The notes under the pieces are model-generated. The model searched no databases. It was given only the letters and a program-made list of their open reading frames with translations, and was not told the DNA's origin. This document shows positions 28,821 to 36,633 of a DNA stretch of 64,000 nucleotides, piece after piece. The stretch is from an uncultured Nitrososphaerota archaeon. GTDB taxonomy: Archaea; Thermoproteota; Nitrososphaeria; Conexivisphaerales; DTJL01. Position 1 is the stretch's first letter; every line of letters starts with the position of its first letter. The position numbers were made by a program, and so were the translations under genes. The stretch covers positions 25,312 to 89,311 of the forward strand of contig CAVYVS010000020.1 in NCBI GenBank assembly GCA_963772005.1, in the 5' to 3' direction.

Positions 28821-29294
28821 TTGCCGACTTTCGCCCGTGGGGAGCACGCCACCTACGCTGGCAGGGGGAGATACAACGGAACTGTGGGCGTCCTCTACCT
28901 GACCAACCGGCGCCTCTTCTTCGAATACGAGAGGGGCCACATCACCAAGAGCACCTTCGTCTCCCTCGATGTCCCCCTGCAGAGCGTGGAGAACGTCATC
29001 GTGGAGCGGCCGAAGTTCGGCCTCGGGGCCCTCAACACGAACCTGGTCGTAACTACGAAGAGGGGCTCCGTGGGCTACGGTCTGAACCGAATCAAGATAT
29101 CCGAGCTGGCCTCTCCCGACATCTGGGCGACCAAGATCGACGACGCCCTCTCAGAAGAGGCCGCCGCCCCCGAAGCGAATGTAATCGTGAGAGAAGAGAT
29201 CGTGAAGGTCCCCTGCAAGTTCTGCGGCACGCTGGTTGACCCCATCCGAGACAAGGCGTGTCCCAACTGTGGCGCCCCTCCACTTCAACAATAG
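28821..29294 (+). CDS. PH/GRAM-like (bPH) domain protein with C-terminal zinc ribbon
   Basis: GVLYLTNRRLFFEYERG is a bacterial PH/GRAM-like motif, and CKFCG..CPNCG lies at the C-terminus. The TTG start immediately follows the TAG of the previous ORF in the same frame. Confidence 0.6.
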   Translation: MPTFARGEHATYAGRGRYNGTVGVLYLTNRRLFFEYERGHITKSTFVSLDVPLQSVENVIVERPKFGLGALNTNLVVTTKRGSVGYGLNRIKISELASPDIWATKIDDALSEEAAAPEANVIVREEIVKVPCKFCGTLVDPIRDKACPNCGAPPLQQ

Positions 29295-29428
29295 CTGTCG
29301 GCATTCGCAGGAGAGCTCGGGCGCATCCAAGCTGCCGGGTCAGGGGTCGGCATGAGGCGACGTCCGTGGTGGCGCAGAATTACGATAAAAGCTAAATCCA
29401 GTCGTCTTCGGGGCGGTCGAAGCCTTCA

Positions 29429-30760
29429 ATGACCAAGAGACGTGCGCTGCTGACCTTCGTGATGGTGCTGCTCGTAGCCCTTTCAGTCGGCTCCCTCCCC
29501 GGAGCGGTGGCTTCGTCCATGGTCGCCAAGAGCCTGCCCTGGGCCGGCGAAAACCCCATCTTCTCGGCAGGCGTCGGCTCCTCGGATTCTCCGGGCTATC
29601 TGGTGGTGGGGGGCCAGACGGGCACCTGGGGCACCTTTTTGCAATACCCGTCGCTTTACGAAGTGGGCCTGGGGGCGGATGGAACGGCGACCCCGCTCTC
29701 CACCATCGGTGGCAGGGGAACGGTGTGGAGCGGAGGGTTCAGCGGATCCGAATGGCTCATTTCGGGCTGGGGCACGGGAAAGTACCTCAATCCCTACTTT
29801 TCGCTTTACAACGACTCGCTTACCGGCAAAGAGCGGCTCAGCGACTATCCCCAAGTGGGCGGCGCAGAGCAGGAATGGGCAGGAGGGGACATATTCACCG
29901 TAGGGTGGAACGGGACAACCTGGCTCCTGGCGGGCCTCGGCCAGGGGGCGCTCTTCCAAGAAGAGGGCCCGCATAACCACATGTCTCTGGCGTTCCTCTC
30001 GCCCACGGGCGACTTTACTGACCTATCACAGGACATCCCTGGCCAAATGGACATGATCCTCTATGCCAGCGCCTGGAACGGCGAATACTGGCTGGTGGGC
30101 GGCGGATGGTACGGCTGGCATACCGGCGTGCTCTACATGGTCTCGGGGAACGACATAACGGACATCACGAGCCAGATCTCGGTGGCCGTCCCCACCTTCA
30201 GCTCCATCCAGAGCATCGCATGGAACGGAAAGTACTTCCTGATAGGGGGTGTCGGCTTCCTGGCCGCCTTCAACGGCACCGACGTGATCGACCTGACGTC
30301 GCTCCTCGACCTCGCCCTCGGTCCGTCGCGCTCCCTCGGAGAAGTGATCAACGACTCGGTCAACGCCATCGCCTGGACCGGCCAAGGCTGGATGCTGGCG
30401 GGAGGAACCCCCGTCGCGGCCTACGAAGGGATTCCATCCAACAGCGCGTGGGTGGCTTCCTTCGGGCCTGCCTTGGACCTGCCTGACTTCGAAGCCTCGT
30501 CCTTCACCGACCTCACGACAAAGGTTCTTCCCGGCGAGGTGGTCCAGGGAGGTGGCAACTCGACAATATTGACCCTCTCCTGCGCCATAGACAGGGGGTG
30601 CGCCATCGGCGGCGCCGATTCGGCCGGCGGTCTTCTCGTGTGGTACGACGGAGCGATCTCCGTGGATCTCAGCTCGACGGTCGTCCAAAACATGGCGTAC
30701 GTGCAGTGGGTGGGCATATCGTCCCTCCCGCTTGTCCGCTGGCTTGGTATACCGGGTTAG
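29429..30760 (+). CDS. secreted repeat protein (probable beta-propeller), W-x-G-x-x-W-L-x-x-G repeats
   Basis: Signal peptide LLTFVMVLLVALSVGSLPGAVA. The repeats are GSEWLISGWG, WNGTTWLLAGLG, WNGEYWLVGGGW, WNGKYFLIGGVG and WTGQGWMLAGG. Confidence 0.65.
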   Translation: MTKRRALLTFVMVLLVALSVGSLPGAVASSMVAKSLPWAGENPIFSAGVGSSDSPGYLVVGGQTGTWGTFLQYPSLYEVGLGADGTATPLSTIGGRGTVWSGGFSGSEWLISGWGTGKYLNPYFSLYNDSLTGKERLSDYPQVGGAEQEWAGGDIFTVGWNGTTWLLAGLGQGALFQEEGPHNHMSLAFLSPTGDFTDLSQDIPGQMDMILYASAWNGEYWLVGGGWYGWHTGVLYMVSGNDITDITSQISVAVPTFSSIQSIAWNGKYFLIGGVGFLAAFNGTDVIDLTSLLDLALGPSRSLGEVINDSVNAIAWTGQGWMLAGGTPVAAYEGIPSNSAWVASFGPALDLPDFEASSFTDLTTKVLPGEVVQGGGNSTILTLSCAIDRGCAIGGADSAGGLLVWYDGAISVDLSSTVVQNMAYVQWVGISSLPLVRWLGIPG

Positions 30761-30875
30761 CGGAGCGAGGCCCTCCTCCCGGGCCTAGCGGACGAGGACC
30801 GGGCGTGCCAAGACCAAGCTTCTTTCAGCCTATGCGCGAAGTGCCTTATCCCGCATGTGGATCCGAAGCCGAGAC

Positions 30876-31619
30876 CTACTTCTTCCCCGAGCCTTCCCAA
30901 TAGTGGAAATAGAGGTCCCGACACCACCGATGGAACCGCTCCGAGCCGCCGACGAACCCCCGGCCATAGTCCATCCTCCCGTCCATCGAGGGCATCGCCA
31001 GCCCCGCGGCCTTCTCGTTCAGCACAAGGATCACGTCAACCCTGTCGATGAACCTCACCTCAGGCTGTACACCCATGTCCCGAAGGGTCCTCTCAAGCTC
31101 CTCCGAATCAAGCTTGCGAGGGAGGAGGAACCTCATGGAGATCTCCCTGGACTTCTCCCTGTGAGGTTGGTGGCTGGGGTGCCCGAAGAGCTGATCCGTC
31201 ATGAACCAGACGTATTCCTGCGAGTCCCTGATGATCTTCCCCTCCATCTCCAGGAGGTCGTCCAGCTGGTCGAGGCGCCTGGCGTCAGCGAGGTCCCCTA
31301 TCCTCTCCTGAAAGCCAGGAGGGAGCGACGCCAGGCCATGGGAAAGCACGAACTCCTTCTCCCGAGAGAGGAAGTCGAACGAGGGGACGAGCGAGAGTGA
31401 GACCCTGCCGAGAGTCGTAAGCTGGTAGGCGCCGTCCGGGTTCTTCTCGATCAGCCTGGCATCGGCCAGTCTCTGGAGCTGTCTGAAGGTTTCCTGGACG
31501 GTCGCCGACTCCCTCCTCGCCACCTGACTGAGCTTGGAGGGCTCGTCCCGGAGTCCTGAGAGGATGGAGAGCCTGCCAGGGCTGGCCAGCTCGAAGAACA
31601 GCTTGGCGGTCTCCTCCAT
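30876..31619 (-). CDS. ArsR-type winged-helix regulator with C-terminal sensor-like domain (DUF1724/FilR1-like, tentative)
   Basis: MEETAKLFFELASPGRLSILSGL..LSQVARRESATVQETFRQLQRLADARLIEK. The start is taken as ATG 31619. Confidence 0.55.
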   Translation of the reverse strand: MEETAKLFFELASPGRLSILSGLRDEPSKLSQVARRESATVQETFRQLQRLADARLIEKNPDGAYQLTTLGRVSLSLVPSFDFLSREKEFVLSHGLASLPPGFQERIGDLADARRLDQLDDLLEMEGKIIRDSQEYVWFMTDQLFGHPSHQPHREKSREISMRFLLPRKLDSEELERTLRDMGVQPEVRFIDRVDVILVLNEKAAGLAMPSMDGRMDYGRGFVGGSERFHRWCRDLYFHYWEGSGKK

Positions 31620-31711
31620 TGTGGGCAACGGCTGAGGTAAACAGTGCTGCTGATTCTTAATGGTTCTCGTTGAAGAAGATAGATGACGGGTCGGTCGCAT
31701 AGGGGGAGGCG

Positions 31712-32149
31712 GTGTCAGAAACGTCATCTCCGGATTGCGGCAAAGGACGAAAGGCTACGACTGGGCCCTCTTTCAGCTCCTCCTCCGATGCGCTCTCCAC
31801 CACTGTCTTCGTGGACTCCTCCGGGTTCTTCATCGTGCTTCCGTACCTCTACTTCTTGGTGCAGGGTTTCGGTGCGACCACGTTCACCTACGGCCTGCTC
31901 ATCACCTCCTTCGCCCTCATGCAGTTCATCTGCGCGCCCATCCTCGGCAGGATGAGCGACCGCGACGGCTCTAGGAGGATAATCCTCCTGGGCCCCCTTG
32001 GAGTGGGTGGACTTGTGATGATGGCGGCCTCCGCGGTGAACGCAGCCGCTCTCCCTCTGCGCTTCGCCTTCGCGAGGCGGGGGTACCCTGGGAGCTCGGG
32101 GGCCTCAGCCCGATTGGCGCCAAGGATCGACTTGCAGGAGGTCTCCTAA
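31712..32149 (+). pseudogene. truncated MFS transporter (N-terminal fragment of about 3-4 helices only)
   Basis: FFIVLPYLYFLVQGFG..GLLITSFALMQFICAPILGRMSDRDGSRRIILLG is the TM1-TM3 signature. The ORF ends after about 145 aa, directly abutting the next gene. Confidence 0.6.
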
Positions 32150-32150
32150 C

Positions 32151-32682
32151 TTGTCACTCTATGATAGGGCCCACTTCGCCATGATTAGTTTCGTCCATGA
32201 GACACTCTACAAGGCCTTGGTGGATCCCTATCGGGAGCTCCAGGCGGCGGGGCTGACGGAAGGCCAACAGGTGCTGGAGGTGGGCTGCGGTCCCGGCTTC
32301 TTCACCATCCCCGCCGCAGAGATAGTGGGGGAAGGAGGCCACGTGGCCGCCATAGACATCAACGCCTACGCGGTCCGCCACACGAAGAAGAAGGTCGCAG
32401 AGGGCCGTCTGAAGAACGTCGAGGTGACCCTCGCTGATGCGAGCAGCACTGGCCTTCCCGACTCGAGCATCGACGTCGCCTTCCTGTTCGGGGTTGTGCA
32501 CGCCCTCGACCTCAAGACGGTCCTCCCCGAGCTGTATCGCGTCCTCAAGCCCGCGGGATTCCTTCTGGTCGAGGCGCGCAAGTCATCATGGGCCTCCCCT
32601 AGACGAGGGAATGACCCGGGGGGGCCTCTTCGAAGTGGCAGGGGGATCGGGCAAGGCCCTGAAGTACCTGAAACGGGGCTAA
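32151..32682 (+). pseudogene. class I SAM-dependent methyltransferase, one frame break near 32585
   Basis: VLEVGCGPGFF, AIDIN and LKPAGFLLVE. The C-terminus continues in track ORF 32437..32682. Confidence 0.75.
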
Positions 32683-32913
32683 GTCTCAAACTTCGCCAGG
32701 CGCGTTTGACTGGGGGCCTCGACCGGAGGCCCAGGGATTCTAGGAATCGAGTAGGAGTCGGGACTAGTGGGCAAAGGACGAAAAGGATATTAGGGTTATA
32801 ATGGCTAAAGGTATAACCAGACTATAGCAATGGCGGCGAGTACAGGTTTCCAGAGGCTAAGTCCTTCGGTACAGGTCGGCTCGCGGTTCTCACCCGCCGA
32901 CATGACCAACTTC

Positions 32914-33159
32914 ATGCGAGTAGAGGTGGTGTACTTCGCTGAAGCCCGTGAACTTGCTGGTCGTCAGGGAGAAACACTCCGTCTCCCTTCGGGCTCCTCG
33001 ACAAGCGATGCCGTCTCTCTGGCCCTGAAGGCGCACCGGGGCCTCCACGCGATTCTGAACCGTTCTCGCGTCGTCGTCAACGGCGAACTGATCAGGTCGA
33101 GCCTGCCTCTCCATGAAGGGGACACCGTTGCCCTGCTTCCGCCATCCTGCGGCGGTTAG
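32914..33159 (+). CDS. MoaD/ThiS-type beta-grasp protein with C-terminal Gly-Gly (SAMP-like)
   Basis: MRVEVVYFAEARELAG...GDTVALLPPSCGG-stop. The start is taken as ATG 32914. Confidence 0.7.
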   Translation: MRVEVVYFAEARELAGRQGETLRLPSGSSTSDAVSLALKAHRGLHAILNRSRVVVNGELIRSSLPLHEGDTVALLPPSCGG

Positions 33160-33247
33160 CGGGGTTCCGAATAGAACCGTCTGCGTCTTTTCCTCCATGT
33201 TCTGGAGCCGGGAACAAATATTACCCCCTGGTGACAAGGCATGAGCC

Positions 33248-33952
33248 TTGATGCCCGCAGTCAGGCTGGTGCTGCTAGCAGCCGTGGTGGCGCTGACCGT
33301 GATCATCGGAACGGCAGCGGTCGCCAACCTCATGGTACGGTCGGGAGGGACCGCCCCACAGTCCACCACGACCTCCACCGGAACCACGACGGCCTCGGTT
33401 CCGCCGTCCTCGACCGAGACCACCACCACCGTCACCGGAACCTCGCCTGGGCCTTCGGGGACACTTCTTCTCCTAGGCCTGAACACCACAAAGGTGTCGT
33501 CTGGGGCTGGCCTCGAAGTTAACGTGAGCGAGTACAACCCGTCCGCCTCGGAGCTGAACGTCTCTAAGGGTGACTCATGGCCATTGTCGGGCCTGGGCAC
33601 GTCGGGCTGTCCCTCCCTCTACTACCCGTTCGGCGTAGCGGTTCTCCAGGGGGTCTATACGAGCGCGAACTTCTCTCTAGCCACGCCCATCGACATCTTC
33701 CCCGAGGTCGCCTGCCCAGCTCTCGTGATGTACATCACAGGGTACCTCTTCATGCCAACAAGCGAGAACGCGACCGTCCTCCCCGGCACCGGCCACTTCG
33801 CGATGGCTGCGACGGTGTCGGTCGGAGGGGTCTACGGCGCGGTGGGTAGCATGCCCAACCAACCGGTCTCCTTCGCGCCTGGGCGGTACACGGTAGTCGC
33901 CGGCGACGAATGGGGGAGCCTCGCCTTCGCTTACTTCACGGTGAGCTCATAG
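33248..33952 (+). CDS. exported Thr/Ser-rich hypothetical protein
   Basis: Signal/anchor VRLVLLAAVVALTVIIGTAAVA, a Thr-rich linker, then a domain of about 150 aa with several N-x-S/T sequons. Confidence 0.55.
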   Translation: MMPAVRLVLLAAVVALTVIIGTAAVANLMVRSGGTAPQSTTTSTGTTTASVPPSSTETTTTVTGTSPGPSGTLLLLGLNTTKVSSGAGLEVNVSEYNPSASELNVSKGDSWPLSGLGTSGCPSLYYPFGVAVLQGVYTSANFSLATPIDIFPEVACPALVMYITGYLFMPTSENATVLPGTGHFAMAATVSVGGVYGAVGSMPNQPVSFAPGRYTVVAGDEWGSLAFAYFTVSS

Positions 33953-34016
33953 GGGTCAGGGCACCGCAGGACCGCCCGGCAGTGCCGATCGGGCTTGAGC
34001 GCTGTCAGGGAGGGGC

Positions 34017-34026
34017 TTAAATATAA
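34017..34026 (+). promoter_or_regulatory. TATA box of vapBC-2 (near-leaderless)
   Basis: ttaaatataa is centred about 23-29 nt upstream of ATG 34045/34051. Confidence 0.5.
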
Positions 34027-34044
34027 CATAGTATTACCAGTATT

Positions 34045-34299
34045 ATGGGTATGTCTAAACACCGGGAAAGGATGGTCAGAACGACCATAACCCTTCCCGC
34101 TTCGCTGAAGGGAAGGATGGCCCTTACGGACACGAACTGGAGCGAGCTGATCAGGGAAGCGATTAGGCAGACCATAGAAGAGGGCAAAACGGACATGGCC
34201 GAGGCAGTGATACTCAACGAGAGGGTTAGACGTCAGGCTCCCAAGGGTTGGAACAGCCTAGAGGCGATCAAGAAGTGGCGGAGAAGGGCCAATTCGTAG
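34045..34299 (+). CDS. vapB: VapB-like antitoxin
   Basis: RMVRTTITLPASLKGRM is RHH/AbrB-like. It overlaps the downstream PIN gene. Confidence 0.6.
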   Translation: MGMSKHRERMVRTTITLPASLKGRMALTDTNWSELIREAIRQTIEEGKTDMAEAVILNERVRRQAPKGWNSLEAIKKWRRRANS

Positions 34300-34721
34300 T
34301 CGACTCGTCCGTCGTGACCAAGTGGTTCCTCTCCGAGCCCGGATCCGATTTGGCGATCAGCTTGAGAGACAAGTTCGCAACGGGAGCACTTGGCCTGGCC
34401 GTCCCGACCCTCCTGTTTTACGAGGTGATCAACACCCTGCGTTACAGCGGCGCATTCAACGCTCAAGATCTGACCCAGGCAGCCACATCTCTCAGCAGAT
34501 ACCGTTTCGAAGTCTGGCGACCGAGGGGGAAGCTGCTGGAACTTTCGGCCGAGATGAGCTTGAGGGAAGAAATCACGGCTTACGACGCATGCTATGTGGC
34601 CTTGGCGGAGCGGACGGGCACAAAGCTAATCACAGAGGATAAGGACCTCATCGAGAAGTTCCCTGCGCACACGTTGCGGCTGGGCGTGATAGGTGGCGTG
34701 GCCACCGTTCGATCTCGCTGA
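34275..34721 (+). CDS. vapC: PIN-domain toxin (VapC-like)
   Basis: FVVDSSVVTKWF, LLFYEVINTL, AYDACYVALA and LITEDKD. The GTG at 34275 is the proposed start. Confidence 0.75.
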   Translation: MAEKGQFVVDSSVVTKWFLSEPGSDLAISLRDKFATGALGLAVPTLLFYEVINTLRYSGAFNAQDLTQAATSLSRYRFEVWRPRGKLLELSAEMSLREEITAYDACYVALAERTGTKLITEDKDLIEKFPAHTLRLGVIGGVATVRSR

Positions 34722-34839
34722 TCCACTATGCGGAGGAGCTGGTGTCCTCGCAAGCAGGTCCTAGCTGCAGGCAGGCTAGGTCGGGACGGTCTCCCGCTCC
34801 TTTTGCCAGGGCCATTGGGAGCGGACCGTAGCGCAGGGG

Positions 34840-35421
34840 ATGGACCCTTCATTAGAAGGCCCTGACATGCTTAAGTGCGGCTTCCTGGACATGCCGATAC
34901 GGTCTGCGTTGTCTTCAGTGGACGTCATGCGGCGGGTCATCGCATACGATCGAAGGGCGTTTCAGGCCTACGAGCGTGGGATTAGGAGGCTGGGCTGGGC
35001 TGATGCCACGTTGGATCGCCAGCTAGGCCACCTTTCGTTCAAGGATACGCTGGTGCACATCCTCAACGTCCATGAAGCTCTGCTGGTGGCGGTGGCCCAG
35101 GGGAGGCCGGAGGTTTGGGACGATCCTGCGCGGAAGCGGACGAACGTGAAGTCGTGGGCTGACCTGCGGCGGTACCGCGTGAAGGTGTGGAAGGGGATAG
35201 ATGACCTGCTGGCCGGATTGAGCGACGCCGGTCTTGGCCGTACCGTCAAGGTCCCATGGTTCTCGAAGCCGTGCACCGTGGAGGACCTGATCTTCCAAGC
35301 ATCGTTCGAACAGGCCCATCACCTCGGGGAGATCATCGGGGCCTACTGGCAGATGGACAGGTCTCCACCTCAGATGATGTTCGTGCCAATCATGTTGGGG
35401 ATAAGGGCCTCGGTTCGATAG
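34840..35421 (+). CDS. DinB-family protein
   Basis: LVHILNVHEALL and FEQAHHLGEI are four-helix DinB His motifs. A hairpin gggcc-N11-ggccc (35405-35425) spans the TAG stop. Confidence 0.65.
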   Translation: MDPSLEGPDMLKCGFLDMPIRSALSSVDVMRRVIAYDRRAFQAYERGIRRLGWADATLDRQLGHLSFKDTLVHILNVHEALLVAVAQGRPEVWDDPARKRTNVKSWADLRRYRVKVWKGIDDLLAGLSDAGLGRTVKVPWFSKPCTVEDLIFQASFEQAHHLGEIIGAYWQMDRSPPQMMFVPIMLGIRASVR

Positions 35422-35562
35422 GCCCTCCGTTTCTCTGCGGAGAAGCGTTCGGACGCAGGAGGCCATGACCGGAGCGAGGCACTTTCGGACCGGTTCTCTT
35501 CGACTGGCCCCGCTCCCCACAGATGGGCGAGAAACGAAGCGGTTCAGCGCATTCTTGGTACG

Positions 35563-35577
35563 TCTTCGATACGGTTG
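35563..35577. repeat. left copy of 15-bp target-site duplication
   Basis: tcttcgatacggttg is identical to 36619-36633. Confidence 0.8.
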
Positions 35578-36618
35578 TGTGCTATCCCGAAATGACTATA
35601 CCCCTTCCTACCCTTTGGCGTCATAGATCTCCCCCGATTTCTCGTCCACGACCCTCCCCTCCTTGGGCATCTTCCTGAGGAAGGCCTGGTGGGGCGTCTC
35701 GATGGCGTCCAGATTCAGGGACATGTGGGGCCTCACTTCGTTGTACCACTTGACAAGGCCGTCCACGTCCCCCAGGAACATGGGGAGCTTCTGCTTGACC
35801 GTCCCGAAGAACCTCTCCGCCTTCCCGTTGGTCTGGGGATGGTTCACCCTTGAAAGGATGTGATGTATGTCTTCTTCGATCAGGTACTTCTCGAAGACGG
35901 TGAGCCCCCTCAGCCGGTCGCCCGCGTTCTCGGCGTAGAACTGTATCCCCCTGTCGGTGAGGATCGACGCCGGCTTCCCCCACTTCCCTATAGCCTGTCT
36001 GAGGACCTCCAGGGAACGTTGGGATGTGGCTTCCGGGAAGAGGCCATATCCGGTTATGAAGCGAGAGGCGTCGTCGAGGTAGGCTATGAGCCATCCCTTT
36101 CCCGGGATGAGCGTCCAGTCGGCGTGCCAGAGGGAGTTGGAGAACTCCCTCTCGTAGCGGACCCACCTGCGCCTCTCCTTCTTCCTGGGCTCGTCCTTCG
36201 CCAGCCCCATCTCCTTCAGAACTTCGTGTATCCGGTTGTGGGGTATATGGGTTCCGTACGCAGCGTCGATGACGCTCTCCAAGACGACCGCCCCCACTCC
36301 ATAGGCCTCCCGGGCCCTCTTCACTACGTTTCGCTCGTCATCGGTGAGCTCCACCCTCTTCCTCCCCGGCTTCATCAATTTCGGGATCTCCCCGCCCTGT
36401 CTGTACCTCCTGTAGAGGACCTTGACCCAGAGGGGCGACACCCCCATCGCCTCCGCGATCTCCCTGTTCGTGAGCTCCCCCTTCTCCCTCTGCTTCACTA
36501 TCCACTCGACCTTGACGGGGTCCAGCTTCATGTACACCCAGTATCGGGCACCCTTGTTCCATACCCAGCGGGCTCTAATCCTGCTTACTAGGGGGTATAC
36601 TAATTTCAGGACAACATA
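35578..36618 (-). mobile_element. IS481-family-like insertion sequence, 1041 bp, apparently complete
   Basis: Imperfect terminal inverted repeats match at 21 of 27 positions: tgtgctatcccgaaatgactatacccc at 35578-35604 versus the reverse complement of 36592-36618. The element has a single rve/DDE transposase ORF and is flanked by a 15-bp direct repeat. Confidence 0.8.
35608..36531 (-). CDS. DDE (rve-type) transposase with N-terminal HTH
   Basis: 307 aa from ATG 36531. NREIAEAMGVS (HTH), LWHADWT, ILTDRG and HPQTNGKAERFF form the D, D, E triad context. Only the C-terminal 307 aa of the 756-aa track ORF are credible. Confidence 0.85.
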   Translation of the reverse strand: MKLDPVKVEWIVKQREKGELTNREIAEAMGVSPLWVKVLYRRYRQGGEIPKLMKPGRKRVELTDDERNVVKRAREAYGVGAVVLESVIDAAYGTHIPHNRIHEVLKEMGLAKDEPRKKERRRWVRYEREFSNSLWHADWTLIPGKGWLIAYLDDASRFITGYGLFPEATSQRSLEVLRQAIGKWGKPASILTDRGIQFYAENAGDRLRGLTVFEKYLIEEDIHHILSRVNHPQTNGKAERFFGTVKQKLPMFLGDVDGLVKWYNEVRPHMSLNLDAIETPHQAFLRKMPKEGRVVDEKSGEIYDAKG

Positions 36619-36633
36619 TCTTCGATACGGTTG
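36619..36633. repeat. right copy of 15-bp target-site duplication (contains the TTG start of the kinase gene)
   Basis: tcttcgatacggttg. The TTG at 36631-36633 is the first possible start of the kinase ORF. Confidence 0.8.

Noticed and set aside
32914-33159. The MoaD-like genes (32914 and 40277) as molybdopterin-synthase partners of the Mo-hydroxylase operons.
   Set aside because: No moaE, moaA/B/C or mobA-type genes are adjacent, and the distance to either operon is large. A SAMP or sulfur-carrier role cannot be distinguished from sequence alone.
35405-35425. A ggttcga-containing hairpin that resembles a tRNA T-arm.
   Set aside because: The loop is 11 nt. There are no acceptor, D or anticodon arms around it. 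It spans the DinB stop codon and is more likely a simple 3' hairpin.
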